Source: Lama glama
Lineage: Eukaryota
Assembly: GCA_028534125.1 (NCBI GenBank)
Contig: CM052832.1
Span: forward strand, 7,874,001 to 7,938,000
Direction of reading: 5' to 3'
DNA length: 64,000 nt
A model generated the notes under the pieces. It did not search any database and had not been told where the DNA came from. It saw only the letters and a program-made list of their open reading frames with translations. Both the position numbers and the translations under genes were made by a program. This document shows positions 25,761 to 39,730 of this stretch, piece by piece. Numbering within the stretch: the stretch's first letter is position 1; every line of letters starts with the position of its first letter.

Positions 25761-28469
25761 CTCTGATCCCGGGAGGAGGCAGCCATGAGGATGTGGCTTA
25801 TTGATTTGAAAGACAAATTTAACTAGGCATCCTGTTTGGTTGGATGTTATTTCGTTGTTTGTTTGCTTGCTAAATCTGGCTAATCTAATCCCAGAACAAT
25901 CTTTGGATGAGCAGGCAGCGGAGGGGTCATTATCATTGCAAAGATGAAAGCGAGGTCTAGGATGTTCCACTGTGCTCACACTCCCAGAGCTGAAGGGGGT
26001 GGGGGTTGGGGGCAGGATGGGTCCTCAGGTTTCAGATTCCAGCCTGTGCTTTCTCCACACCAGTCGCTCCCTGCCTGCTCATCAGCAGAACTCACTAAAA
26101 ATGAAAATGAGACAAGAGAGAGGGGTGTGAGGGTGCACCCAAACTGCGGATGGGTCCTTGAAGGGAAACGGGAAGGCAGTGTTTTTGGCTCACGCACCTT
26201 CACATCGTCTGACCGGTTCTCCTGGAGCAGGCGCCACCTTTGTGATTTTAAAACTAAGAAAATAAATGAGCAAATGCGCTCCATACTGGTCAGGGGCAGG
26301 AGGTGGGTGCACCCAGCACAAGGGAATAAGCTAAGCATGTCAACATCTCCTCTAGAGCTTTCTGACACACCCTGGAACCCAGCTCAAGGAAGTAATCAGA
26401 CACGCGGACAAAGATTCCTTTATGTGCAGCCTGTGCAAACCATACTTTCAAAAAATATTGAACGTCACGGGAAAATGGTCCTGATGCTCGAAAGGAAAAG
26501 GACACCACCAAAGTGAGTGCTTGGTCCGGCTCCAGATAGAAATGTATGTATGAATAATAAAGCCTGGAAGTCTGCAGTGATGTTCAGTGTGGCTGCTGGA
26601 GGGGGGACCATTACGTTAGATATTTTCTTAATTCTTTAAATGTTCTCAATGAGCGTGCACCCTGCAAGATTTTCTGAGATACAGATGCTTGAGTCCCATC
26701 TCAGAGAGACTAAACCAGAATCACTGATGGCTGTGAATCCTAGAAACCTGCACTTTTAAAGCGTTCGGGTGTCCTCCATGCCTGGCATCACCACTAACAA
26801 TCAAAGGCTGAAAGCGGTCTAGCTCCTACCTGTGCAAGACTCAGCCTACCACCCGCTCTGCCCGTCTAGGTGGGTCTAAGAGAGGAATGGCTGGGCGGAG
26901 AGGGGAGCCCGGGGCAAGCAAGGGCACCTCCCAGGCAAATGCTCACCAGCACGTGACTTCCTCTGACTTGGCTGTGGCTATGAAAATCGCCTTGCCAGTA
27001 AAATGTAAAACAGGGCCTTGGAGCCTGCTGGCCCCATAGCATACCCCTAGGTCTCTCACTGGGAAACACACTTATGGCCAAACAGGTGGCACCACCCCTG
27101 TAACTCAAGCAGAGTCTTATCTCCAAGCTGACAAAGTAACAAAATCAATCCACGTATCCCTCTGCCATGGGGCCACCATTTGTGATTTTTAGCCCAGGAG
27201 GCCCTCGTGCTTCAAAAGAGAGAAGGCATTCGCACACCATCACACAGAGTCAACAATGGGGTGGCCTGGAATCACTTTAGCCAGGGGTCTAGTGTCACCT
27301 GGACAGACGGGAGGCAGAAGAGGCCAGACTGGATGGCTGAGAGCATGCTGACCCCCAAGGTCTCCTTCCACCTTCCCCTCCCCGACAAACTGTCCACAAC
27401 CTGCTCCTTCAGTTTCCACCATGCCTGGTCCCACCACACCTGGGTCCCATCGGAAGTCTGGTTAGCCAAAATTCTCTCTCTTAATCACTCTTGTCACCCA
27501 AACTTCTTGCCCCTCGATGGGCAGCACTCAACTACCTACTGAACAGAAAGGAAATGATCAGATTAATTCACTTGCAGGTGTGACAGACCAACAGACTGAC
27601 TTCTGTGAGCCATGGGAAATGGACAAGCCATAGAGGACATCTTGGCTCCCGGCCCACACTGGGTTTGGGGACTCCGGTGTCCGCCTGGGAGGTTGGGGAG
27701 AGAGCAGGGTCCTTCAGGATAACTTCCGCCATCTAGAAAGGATGCATCTTCCCCGGTGCCTCAGTGAGCACCAGCAGGCCTGGATCCCTGAGCAGAGACT
27801 CATGGGGCAATTACATCAGCACAGGACGCCTTTGTTTTGAGCTGAGGCTGGTTTTCCCACAAGCGACTGAAATAAATTAGAGCATTTTCAACGAGGGCNN
27901 NNNNNNNNNNNNNNNNNNNNNNNNNNNNNNNNNNNNNNNNNNNNNNNNNNNNNNNNNNNNNNNNNNNNNNNNNNNNNNNNNNNNNNNNNNNNNNNNNNNN
28001 NNNNNNNNNNNNNNNNNNNNNNNNNNNNNNNNNNNNNNNNNNNNNNNNNNNNNNNNNNNNNNNNNNNNAACCTGGTCAATGTTCTCTAGCTGGGCTTCTC
28101 GGGGAGACAGACGCTGCTCCTTGGGGGTCAGACACAGTTTGTCTGCATGCAGGCGGCCAGAGACACCAACAGACAGCCACACACAGGCAGGCTGGAGACG
28201 GGGCACAGGCGTCCCAGTACAGGCTGCTGCCGCGGGGGTGCACAGGGGCCCCAGGAGAGGGTCCTCCCTGCAGGGGTGGCCCGGCCTGGGACCCAGACAC
28301 GCCGGGCCCTCTTTGACAAGAGGTCTTAAAAATAGGCAAAATCACCCTGCATGTGAGGGGAACAGATCCCATCAGGGCCTGGAAGCCAGAGGTGGGTACA
28401 TTCCCTAAGGAAACCCGTGGTGGCGCTAAATCCATTGCTCAGCAGATGCCTTGAGGTGAGAAGGAGCAC

Positions 28470-28640
28470 TTGGCTGGGAGACCAGAAAGCTGGGTGGTTC
28501 TAACCCTGCGACCACCCAGCTCTATGAGTTCAAGTAAGTCATGTGTGTTTCTCTGTGCCTCAATTATCTCATCCATAAAATGGGTATTATCATACTTGTC
28601 CTTATTTCCAGGGTTGGGGAGGACGGTTGTTCGTAAGCCT
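28470..28640 (+). mobile_element. MIR SINE
   Basis: ctctgtgcctcaattatctcatccataaaatgggtatt. Confidence 0.7.
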
Positions 28641-30573
28641 CAAACTAGAAGCAGAAGGGGATGGAAGTGAGAACAGTGGTTGTCCGGGGGGAGGGCGGGA
28701 TGGACTGGGGAGACAGAGGGAACTCTCTGGGCTGAGGCAAGTGCCCGGTATCCTGACAGGTGGGGGCAGTTCCTTGGGTACAGGCATCTGTCAGAATTGA
28801 TCAAAGTGTACGTTTAAGGTCTGCGCAGTGCATCCCACTGCATGTAAATGGTACCCTGATTTTTAAAGATGAGAGGAAAAACTGGACAAACGAAAGCTAC
28901 TCCTGCTGTAACGGAAGCTCCACTGGCCTGCCGTGAATAGGACGCTCTCAAGCAAACAATCTCACTTAGCCCTCAGATAGGAGACTATTTTGAAGTTTAG
29001 GTTCAATAGTTTCAGAAAACACATATGCTTGTGTCTAGTTCAAACTGGCTTGTTTGGTATTTAAGAAAAAAACATTAGTTCAATTCAGAGTACAGTCAAA
29101 AAATGATTATATTTGGATTCAGTTTTGGGATCGGCGAATCAGGGCAGTGTTTTTCCAATTTGGGGGTCACGGTTTGGTTCAGTTCAAGTTCTTGTTAGAA
29201 CAGCCCAGCGTGGGGCTTGGCCCCCAGGACAGGGCCACCCTCGCCCGCTAGCCACTGTCCACACAATTTCACGCTTTCCAGATCAGCATCGGTCAAGTGA
29301 GCTCTTTCCAGCCTCCTCCCTGTGCCCTCCAAAAAGAGAAACCAGAACTGGGGAGAAAAGGAAAAGCGCCAAATTCCTTGGCTATGTGGAATCCAACCTA
29401 GGTCCGCACTCTGGCGCACACGCACACGTGGGCAAGAGGCGGGAGCTGGCCCCTGAGATGCTGCCACCCACCAGGAGGAAGAAGAACAGCAATGACATCT
29501 GGGCAGTTTACACTGAGTGGGAGCTGCTGTGCCCTCTGCAGCTGGCAGAGCACAGGGGGAGGGCGTGTGGCTCACCCAGTGCCCTGGGGCAGGTCTACAC
29601 AAGCAGTAGGCAGGTATGAGAAGTCCTTCCAGACCACCCCAACCACGGGTCTGGCTCCTTCTGAACCCCCGCGGCATCCTCTGTTAGTCCCTGCAGGCAC
29701 ACATGTGGAGTCGGGGCTTTCCTCTTCGGACTGGGCATTTCTGCTTGAGAGGAAGGCTCCCACCTTCCATTTCCAAGACTCCCAGCAGGGAAGGGCTTGA
29801 TGGCATGAAGACAGAGCTCAGAGCAGCGATGGAGGTCTCTGGGGATGGCATGTATGCGGTAGGGGAAGAAATACCAGGGGAGCCAACAAAAAGAAGGGTT
29901 ACTCCCCAGGCCGGCCTTCTCTTGCTGCCCCCTTCCCTCCAGCCTGGCTTGTCCCATCCTGGCCTCAATCACAGAGCAATGGACAGAAGCCTAGGCCCCT
30001 GCCTCTGGATCCTGTGCACCTCTTCCCCCACTGTCACCACCGTGCACCCTACTCGCCAGGTAGCCTGGAGGTGTTATTCCTCTGTGCTTTTGCACACGTT
30101 AGTCTTTGTCCAGGAGACCCTTCCTCCTCCTTTTCTTCCTACATAACTTCTCCAGGATCCCTCCCAGGCAGAGTTGACTACCTGTGCACAGAGGGGGCAG
30201 GTGGGGAGAGCATCACCCAGACCTCAGACACCTCCAGCTTCACTCTGATGCCCACTCATGCCTGGCACTGTCCTCCTTTTGGTGAATTCTCTCTCAAAGG
30301 GCTGCCTACTGTCTGGGCCTCACACAGTGGCCTGTGAAAGGTGCTCCTCAGCTCCCAACCTCAGAGGCATCAGGAGATGGGGGGTGGGCAGCAGAAAAAC
30401 ACCCATCAAGTGGACCTGCATTCAAAGGTCAGCTCTTCCCTTGCCATCTGAGGCTTCGGGAAGCTTGTTTGGCCTTTTTGACCCTCAGTTTCTTCTTCTG
30501 TACAGCAGGGATGATGATATGACCACTGATGTGGAACAAATGAGATAATGCCTGAAAAGTGGCTGGTACCCAA

Positions 30574-30686
30574 TTAGGGTGACTAAGTTGCTTCAGCTGC
30601 CCTGGGTTTCCCGGGGTTTAGCACCGAAGTCTTGCATCCTAGAAACCCCTCAAGAGCTGGGCAAATGGGACAAGTGGTCAGCTTAA
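30574..30686. mobile_element. MER81-like hAT-Blackjack MITE
   Basis: About 113 bp bounded by TIR-like tagggtgact...tggtcagctta, with internal gggcaaatgggaca. Confidence 0.7.
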
Positions 30687-33600
30687 AATCCCATTCAGGT
30701 GGGCTGCTTGCTTCTCTCCTAATAATCAGAGGAGTAACTGAAACCCTGAGCAAGACCCTGGCATAAAGAGAAACAGGCTGGGAAAGAGCTGGACTCAGCT
30801 CTCCAGACCGAGGCTATACCTGAGATTCCCCTTCAGGTTATCCTATACCCCTGCTGGACTATCAAGTCCATGAGAACAGTGCCCCCATTCCCCTGCATCT
30901 GCACATCCCACCCCAGCGGCGCAGCCCAGCAAGCCTGGGTGAAATCCTCCTTCGTCTGCACCTTCCCAGCCTTTAGAAGGAAGGAAAAAGGGAGGTTTCA
31001 CTGCTTTTCTTAGGTAGAAATTGTGGGTGGGTGGGAGACAAGTTTCTAACCCTGTCGTTTCAGAAGCAAACCCTGTGAGGCTGGAGCCCAGTGGCTAATC
31101 CTGCACGCCCAGCCCTCCGCTGGGGCTGCAGTGACCCCTGCTGGCCAGGGCGCGGTGGCTGCAGTCTCCCTCAGCCCGACATGGTTCCCGCTGGGGATTC
31201 CCTGGGGGCCACTGTTCGCTGCCCCTGTGAGCCTCCCCTGGACCCTCGCTGGCAGAGGGGAAGCCTGGCCTGCCCGACCTCCAGCCCCAGGAGTGGGGCT
31301 GCAGGCCCTGGGGTGAAGGCACCCCGGCAGAGCAGCTAGGCTGGAGATGCTTGCAGAACTGAGGCCTCGCAGCCTCGGGGAGGGAAGGACCAGTGGCCAA
31401 GAGGTCCTGCTCTAGGGAGTGGGGCCTCCCACAGCCTTAAAGAAGGGCCGAAGCAGCAGCCCACCGGCCAGGCTTGCAGCCCCAAACTCTCTCCCTGATT
31501 CACCCATTTCCTCTTCGAAGCTCCCCTAATGCCCCTGGAACACATCATTTCTCCCATGACACTTCCTCTTTGTGATGAAGAATCACAATTTCTCTGAATC
31601 TTCATTTTCTCTTTGTCTCAACTCTAGCACTCATCAGCTGGTTTTCTCTTCAGGGCTTCCTCCAGAAATTAATATCTGGGCCATTCATGAGCATGTTGGG
31701 AAGGTGCCACCACAAAGCCATGGAGGTGGGGACACCTGCCATCAGCTACCTCCCCGGTGGCCAGCAGACCCCAGCTGCCTGCACTCCAGTCTCACAACAG
31801 CAGCTGTTCAAGGGGCCTCAGTAAAATCACAGGTCATCACGTGCCTCCAAGGTGAATGGTCAATACAGTCTGCTATTCCCATTGGACAGATGGGGAAACT
31901 GAGGCTTGGGGAAGTGAAGTGCCCCACCCAGGATCTCATGGCTCACCCTCACTGTTCTATGCCAGGCTTCAGGCTCCTGCGTGAAGTCACAGACATATTT
32001 CAGAATGCCACGATGTCAAAGAGAAAACCTGAACACAACCTTAAATGTTAATCAGTGGGGGGACTGGGTTACATAAATAATGCATATCCACTCAGTGGGA
32101 TACTACAGACTACTATGCTCACCTTAAAAAGTAGACTGATATGTACATATAGCTAAATATGTAAATATATAAATGCATTTATACTACGACTTTCTACATA
32201 CACGTATATACACATAAACATGCAGATCACAAAATATATATGTGCTTATGATCAGCCAAGGTCCTGCAAAAACGAGGTGGGGTGATTTGAGGAGAGTTTA
32301 CTATAAGGATTTCTTTATGGGATTCAAGAAATGATGAGGCAAGCAGGGGCCAGAAGCCACCCCTAAGGATGAAGAGTAAGGGAGGAGGCAGTTAGGGGAA
32401 TCCAGGCAGGGAAGCTGCCCCACAGCGCACAGAGGGCTGCAGCCAGCACTGACCTGGCCAGGAGGGGACCGGCCAGAGGCACTGCTGCCTCCTGCAGACG
32501 CGGAGCAGGGTGGAGGAGGAGGGAGTGGGCCTGGGGGAGTGACCAGGGAGGAAACCCATGTGAAAATATCTGAAGTTTACCCACCAACGTGATAAAGGGT
32601 TAAGAGTTCATCATGGGGAGAGGGGCTGGAATTGCAGGAAGTAGGGGACATGACACTATGACCTTTCACTTCCCAGGCTGCTGTATTTGAATTGATGACA
32701 ACTGCTGTACATGAAATGTATAACCACCGATGATAATTAAAATACTGCCTTTGGGGAACAGCATATAGAATTTAGAGAACTTGATGGAAGATCCCAATGG
32801 GGGAAAGAATGTCACCTCCCTCCAGGGGTCCCACCTGTCTTCCACTCCGACCACCCTCATCCCTCCCTGCTCAGAGCTCCACCAGGAAGGGCCGGATCTC
32901 AGACTGGGCTGTTCTGGGCTGTCCTCTTCAACAAGCCAGACAGTGGCACCGCAACGCCCCTGCCAAAAGCCCAGCCCTGGGCACAAAGGCGGTACCCGGT
33001 AAATACACAGTCATAACAGACGGAACATGCCGCTCCCTGTCACCAGCAGGGTGACCTGGGCTGTGCGTCATTGACTGCGGAGCCCTCCTCTCTCAGGTGC
33101 AAAGATTGATGGAGGCACTGCTCACCTCCTGGGGCTGCCGTGAATGGGAAACATTCTGCAAAGGCAAAAGCACACGTAAGCCCAACGTGTCAGGAGCAAC
33201 ACGCTTGGATTCATGCACCTTTGCGACTGCTTTTCTTTTCATTTTTTTTTTTAAGTGTGTTTAAGAAGAGTGATCACCTCTCCTCATTTCCTGCCCTCTC
33301 CCCTTCACAGGGGCACGAGACGTTTCATTCAGGGTCGCAGATTCTGTTTCCGTCTGGGGGAGGCAGGCCTTGGGGGAATGGCCCCCTTTAGGAATTTATA
33401 CCGGCTGGGAAATATAATCCAGTGTTTTCCAGCCATCATTTAGCAAAGAGTTGTCATCGGAGTGGTTTCCTCCCGCCTTCCCTGCCTCCCACCCTACTCT
33501 CCCCAGCCCCCCAAGGACCAACTCGGTGACTTCGTAGTTATGAACAAGCAAATCTGCGAAAACTTAGGAGGCCTCGGCTGAACCGAAACGTTTTTCAAAG

Positions 33601-33984
33601 AANNNNNNNNNNNNNNNNNNNNNNNNNNNNNNNNNNNNNNNNNNNNNNNNNNNNNNNNNNNNNNNNNNNNNNNNNNNNNNNNNNNNNNNNNNNNNNNNNN
33701 NNNNNNNNNNNNNNNNNNNNNNNNNNNNNNNNNNNNNNNNNNNNNNNNNNNNNNNNNNNNNNNNNNNNNNNNNNNNNNNNNNNNNNNNNNNNNNNNNNNN
33801 NNNNNNGCCGCAGAAGGGCAGCTGGGACCAGCAAGCCCTTCCTCCACCACCCACCGCAGCCCAGGCGCCTGGGCAAGGGGCGAGGGCCCTGGCTCCAGGT
33901 GGGCTCTGGAGGCCAGGGGCCCAAGGGAGGGGGAGGGAAGGGGAAGCGGTGCTGTCTTGAGGAATGGCCAGGGGGTTTAGACTG

Positions 33985-34185
33985 TACCCAACGTGCTTTC
34001 AAGTGCAGTCCCACCAGAGAGGCAGCAGCTCTGTGACCTTGACCAAGTAACTCACCTTCGAAGCCCCCAAACCTCCACTCTCCCATCTGTTAAGTGGGGA
34101 AGTAAAACCTTCCAGGGTTGTCGTGGGGATTAAATGAGGTGATGCCCTGCAAGCTCCTGACACGTGGTAGGTGCTCGTCACACTC
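33985..34185 (+). mobile_element. MIR SINE
   Basis: gctctgtgaccttgaccaagtaactcacct...agggttgtcgtggggattaaatgag...cctgacacgtggtaggtgctc. Confidence 0.85.
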
Positions 34186-34849
34186 TAGTTTTTAGTGCAT
34201 CTTTTGAGTTAAGAGCATTGCCCTCTCCAGCTGCCCTACTACCTCCTTTGAAAATAGAAATGCTTCAGGAGGGGACAACCTTGGAGGGTTTCCAGAAGCC
34301 TGTCAGGAAGAGGAAAGGAGGTGGTGGTGCCAGTCAGAGAAGCCAAAGGAGACATGTCCGAGAAACCAAGATGCAAAGTGGCCCATCTCCCGCATCCCAC
34401 AGGGCCAATGGCAGAGAGGTCCCCTGGGTAAGCTTCGGGGCACTTGGGCCTCCCCACACCTAGAAAACGCCCCTCTCTGGTGCAAGGGCTGCAGGAGCCT
34501 CCTGTCCCCTGGCCCGGGTGTCTGCACGTGCCATCAGAGTTTCACACTAACGGGGTCAAGAAGGGGAGATGGCGTAAAGGTCATGTCCCTCCAACTTCAC
34601 ACCTGCACCTCCAGGACCTCAACACCCGCCCACTGCCTCCCTCCCAGATCGTCCCCTCCACTGGTCTGCAGCAGCCCTGATACTGGGTTATGGTGCTGGG
34701 CCTCTCATTTCCACCAGGCCAGCCCTCATCCACCCAGTGCAGCCTGACCAGTCCTGGGAGGAGCCCTGTCCAAGTGATCTGTCCAACTGCAGTGGCCATA
34801 CCTGAAATTACATCACTAGCTGTTTATTTCCTTGAGCAGGAAATTTACA

Positions 34850-36090
34850 ATTTTTTTGAAGTGTAGTTGATTTACAATATGATATTAGGTTCAGGTGCAC
34901 AGCATACTGAGTCAGTATTTTTACAGATTATGCTCCGTTAGACATTATTACAAGATAATGGCTATAATTCCTTGTGCTATACAGTATGTCCTTGTTGCTT
35001 ATCTATTTTATACATCGCAGTTTGTGTCCCTTAATCCCACACTCCTAATTTGCCCCTCCCCCCTTCTCTCTCCCCACTGGTGACCACTAGTTTGTTCTCT
35101 GTATCTGTGAGTCTGTTTCCCTTTTGCTATATACATTCATTTGTATTACTTTTTAGATTCACATATAAGTGATATCATGCAGCATTTGTCTTTCTTTATC
35201 TGACTTAGTTCCCTAATTATAATATTCTCTAGGTCCATCCATGTTGTAGCAAAAGGCAGAATTTCCATGTNNNNNNNNNNNNNNNNNNNNNNNNNNNNNN
35301 NNNNNNNNNNNNNNNNNNNNNNNNNNNNNNNNNNNNNNNNNNNNNNNNNNNNNNNNNNNNNNNNNNNNNNNNNNNNNNNNNNNNNNNNNNNNNNNNNNNN
35401 NNNNNNNTGTATCTTTTCAAATTAGTGTTGTCAATTNNNNNNNNNNNNNNNNNNNNNNNNNNNNNNNNNNNNNNNNNNNNNNNNNNNNNNNNNNNNNNNN
35501 NNNNNNNNNNNNNNNNNNNNNNNNNNNNNNNNNNNNNNNNNNNNNNNNNNNNNNNNNNNNNNNNNNNNNNNNNNNNNNNNNNNNNNNNNNNNNNNNNNNN
35601 NNNNNNNNNNNNNTTTGATGACACCCATTCTGACAGTTGTGGTATCTCATTGTTGTTTTGATTGGCATTTCTCTAATAATTAGCAATCCTTTCATGTGCC
35701 TGTTGACCATCTGTATGTCTTCTTTAGAAAAATGGCAATTCAGGTTTTCTGCCCATTTTTGATCAGGTTGTTTTTTTTTGATACTGAGTCATATGAGCTG
35801 TTTACACATTTTTGGTATTAACTCATTATTGGTCACATAATTTGCAAATATTTTCTCCCATTCCATAGGTTGTCTTTTCATTTTGTCAATAGTTTCCTTT
35901 GTTGTGCAAAAGCTTTTAAGTTTAATTAATTCCCGTTTGTTTATTTTTTGCTGTTATTTCTTTTACCTTAGGGAGACAAATCCAAAAGATATTGCTACAA
36001 CTTATGGCAAAGAATGTTCTGCCTATGTTCTCTTCTAAGTTTTATGATTTCAGGTCTTACATTTAGATCTTTAATCCATTTTATTTTACT
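34850..36090 (-). mobile_element. LINE-1 3' portion (ORF2 end plus 3'UTR), interrupted by two N-gaps
   Basis: The minus strand encodes ORF2-like [20 protein letters not shown]. Poly-T at 34851 is the tail. Confidence 0.95.
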
Positions 36091-36189
36091 CATTGAATCA
36101 TATTTGGTATTATTATCTCTGATCCTTTTTGAAATAGAGCAATATGTAAATTCGTTATTTGATATCAAGTTGATGTATTTAAGTGTATA

Positions 36190-36500
36190 ATTTTTGATGA
36201 ATAATTGACATACAACATCATATTAGTTTCAGGTGTATCTCATAGTGATTCAATATTAAGATATGTTACAAAATGATCACCATGATATGTCTAGTTACCA
36301 TCTGTCACCAAAGTTATCACAGTACTACTGACTATATTCTCTATGCTGTGCATTACATCCCTGTAACTTACTTATATTACAACTGGAAGTTTGCACCTCT
36401 TAATACCCTTCACCTGTTTCGCCCTACCCTTCCCCCTCACTCCTCTCCCCTCTGGCAATCACTAGTTTGTTCTCTGTATCCATGAATCTGTTTCTGTTTT
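36190..36500 (-). mobile_element. LINE-1 3'UTR fragment (older subfamily)
   Basis: aattgacatacaaca..atattagtttcaggtgta...gttaccatctgtcacca...ctctggcaatcactagtttgttctctgtatc. Confidence 0.85.
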
Positions 36501-36557
36501 TAAATGTATAACTTGGTCAGAAAAGAATAACAAATTTGTTAACTGAATTGCATTTAC

Positions 36558-36599
36558 TGTGTGTGTGCGTGCGCACGTGCATGCGTGTGCGCGCGCGCG
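36558..36599. repeat. alternating purine-pyrimidine tract (TG/CG/CA)
   Basis: tgtgtgtgtgcgtgcgcacgtgcatgcgtgtgcgcgcgcgcg. Confidence 0.9.
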
Positions 36600-36949
36600 G
36601 TTATGTGTAAAACAAAGCTATAAACTGCTAATCTCCTGCCTGCCCACTTCCCACTGCCACTCCCCTGGGGTCGCCCCCACATGGCCACATGTAGGAACTG
36701 CAGGACTGACACTAAGGCAGGAAAACAGGTGGGCAGCAAGAGGCCCACTCACTGGTCAAATGCTGCCATTTCTGGGATAGGTCACCCAGGTGACAGGAGG
36801 AGGGGATACAGGATGGCCCAGAGCTGTAGAGGTGGTTCAGGGTCAGAGCCACCTGGGGTATAGGTCCCTCTTTCTGTAATTCCTATTGAATTTCACCTCC
36901 TTTTAACAGGACACTGCCCATCCACTGGCATTAACGATCTTACTTAATA

Positions 36950-37150
36950 AAATGAGAGCTGACACACAGTACCACCTGACTGAAGTACCATTTTAAAGGT
37001 TTATATCTCATTGAGAATTATCAATATCATCATCATCATGCCATTTTCACAGATGAGGAATCTGAGGACAGAGGTCTTTAAAACTTAAGTGCCAGAGCCC
37101 GGGATTCAAAACCAGACAATCTAGCTACAGAGCCCATGCACTGGGCCAGC
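36950..37150 (-). mobile_element. MIR SINE
   Basis: ccattttcacagatgaggaatctgagg...gagcccgggattcaaaaccagaca. Confidence 0.8.
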
Positions 37151-37859
37151 ATGCACCCTGAGAGATTAGACTTCACCTAACTAAATCAAGGAATGATTTT
37201 CAGTGATGTAGTTCATAGTAGGGATGTGGAATATATAGAAAGCTCAGATAATTTTATAAGGCCTATAAAAGATTTGATTGCTGTTAGTTTAGCAGAATCT
37301 TTGAAGAGACCAACACCATTTATAATATCATTGACATTTGGAAAGATGTTCCACTTATTGAGGCTACAAGTTACCTAAGGACAGTAATTAAATAGTGACA
37401 TTGCTGGAAGAGTTTGATGCCACTTCCTGTATCACATCATGGCCCAGACAGCTGCATCATTTAAGGAGGTCAGCCACCTCAAACAAAAGCTCACACCAAC
37501 AATTCCTAAACATGAACAAAATCATTTGGAAATCATCCGATTTTTCTAATGAACCGTTTGTGCTACCACCAAGAAAATAAAAGAGAATATATTCTTAATT
37601 TTTGATGTATACATATATCGAATTGCATGCTTTACATGATATTTCCAGTTAAATATGTAAGTATCAACTTCTATTCCTACCCAGTAAATAAGTTGGTTAG
37701 ATTTTCATAAATGCTACCCTGCTAAGGGCATTCCTCTGCATCCCATTCTTCTCAGTAATTCCTTTCAACCGCTGCACAGCAAGTCCTCTTGAGACACCCC
37801 CCCACCCCACCCCCCGTCCCGACACATCCCATTTACCCTCTCCCTACTTATGAAGACTC

Positions 37860-38510
37860 AGGCTGTTTCCAACCCTGCACACTTCTCCTCGTGCACAAGT
37901 TGAAGCGTTTTTCTTGGGTATAAATGCTGAAATAGAATTGCTGGGCAACAATCTACACACATTTTCTATTTTACCAGGTTCTGCCGAATCACTCTCCCAC
38001 TGTTGGTATATGAAATGACCATTTTTCTTTTTATCCTCATCAATACTCAATATTGTTAGACTTGATTTTTTCAGTCTGATGAGTGAAAATGGTATCCCAA
38101 AGTTGTTTCAATCTTAAGTTCCCTGATTCCATGTGTGTTAGCATTGAGATGTCCTCTTCTGTAAATTGTCTGTTCATATTTTTTTCTGTTAAGCCATTTG
38201 CCTTTTTCTTTCATTGGAGCAGTTCTTTGTAATGTCTGGTTACTAATCCCGTGCCTTTTGTATACATTACATATTTGTTCCTTGTCTTTTCACTTTTATG
38301 GTGATATCTCTGGTCATCCTGAAAATGACATCAAATTGTTCTTTCCCTTCGTGGCTGGGGAGTGGGGTGGTAATCTTATTTAGAAGCACCTTCCCTACCT
38401 GAGATCTTAAAGATAGTTTTCCATTCTTTTCTAATAGTTTCAGGACTTATTTTTCATGCTGACTTCTTATTGCATCTGGGATTTCTTTTGTGTATGGTAT
38501 GAGGCAGGGA
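37860..38510 (-). mobile_element. old L1M ORF2 3' fragment
   Basis: ttcttgggtataaatgctgaaatagaattgctggg...ttttgtgtatggtatgaggcaggga. Confidence 0.75.
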
Positions 38511-39074
38511 GACACACAGAAGGGAATTGAGGAGACAAAGATGGCAGCCACTAAAAATAATATTACTGAAAAAAGTAATGACATGAAAAGATTTACCATA
38601 TTATACATTTTTAAAGCCAGTTACAAAACTGCATGTGCATTATTAATTGCACTTAAATTCAACTATATGCATATTTTTAAAGGATGTATCAGGTCACCCT
38701 TGGACCCCTCCTCTTTCCTGGTGGTCCTCCCATCAGTGTCCCCTCTCCACCCCCCCACCTTCTCCTGGGACTGGTCTTTCCTAGTCTGTGGGAAAGGAAG
38801 AACTCTTCCCCCAAGAATCATCCTTCGACCTTTAATCAATAATGGGACAGCCAGTTTGCCTGGGACAGCCCAGTTTTCCCTGGTTTCTCCACTCTTATGA
38901 GCACCCCTCCTCACTCAGCATATTTGATACCCATGGCAAATCATATTTTAACACATCCCACTTTTTACATACTAAAAAATCAATGAGCTAAAATTTGCAT
39001 TTATCAAGCAAAAATACTACAACTCTCCATTTGCACTGTTTCACTGTTTGATTTTTGAATACAAATAAAAACTC

Positions 39075-39215
39075 CAAAAGGTCACAGTGTCAGAACTGAG
39101 CTGAACTGCAGGACACCCAATATCTGGTGTCTGGAGAACTGGACAATTGGCTGGTGTGGGGAGAAGGAAAAAAAACTGCACATTTGGTGCCATAAGTGTA
39201 AGTAAAAACAGTGCA
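39075..39215. mobile_element. MER21-like LTR fragment
   Basis: agtgtcagaactgagctgaactgcaggacaccca...tggtgtc...cacatttggtg. Confidence 0.65.
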
Positions 39216-39599
39216 GAAAGAGGCAAGGGCGCCCCCTCCCTTTCTAAGAGCACATCTCTCACACTTCCATTTCCGCCCCTCCGGCCAGACGCGAAGCTTG
39301 TTGTATACGGACTTTGAAAACTGACTGTTAAGGAGTGCCGAGAATGTTCGTTGAGAGAGTGGTAGTTATTTTGGTAAAATACAAAACAGGCTTAGAGGCT
39401 AGGCCATGTATAGGAAGTCTGGGGCTTGTGACTTTGGATTCCTTTCCTGAGAGATGTGGGGGATTTATTTGTCAAGCAAGTGCATTAGTGGGATTAAGTT
39501 CAGCTATAACAGAAAACCCACAGCAACAGGGGTCTGGTTCTGTCTCCTGTTCCGGACTGGCTGAAGTGATAGTGCGACTTTGCGTTGACTGGAAGCCCA

Positions 39600-39730
39600 C
39601 TGTGGACCGGGCAAGGTCCTAGATACTTTACATTTAGTCTTCACAAGACCCTATAAAGGAGGTCTGCACTTTACAGGTGAGAAACAGAAGCTCAGAGAAG
39701 GGCGGGAACTAGCCCAAGGTCACACAGCTC
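39600..39730 (-). mobile_element. MIR SINE
   Basis: tttacaggtgagaaacagaagctcagagaagggcgggaactagcccaaggtcacacagct. Confidence 0.8.
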
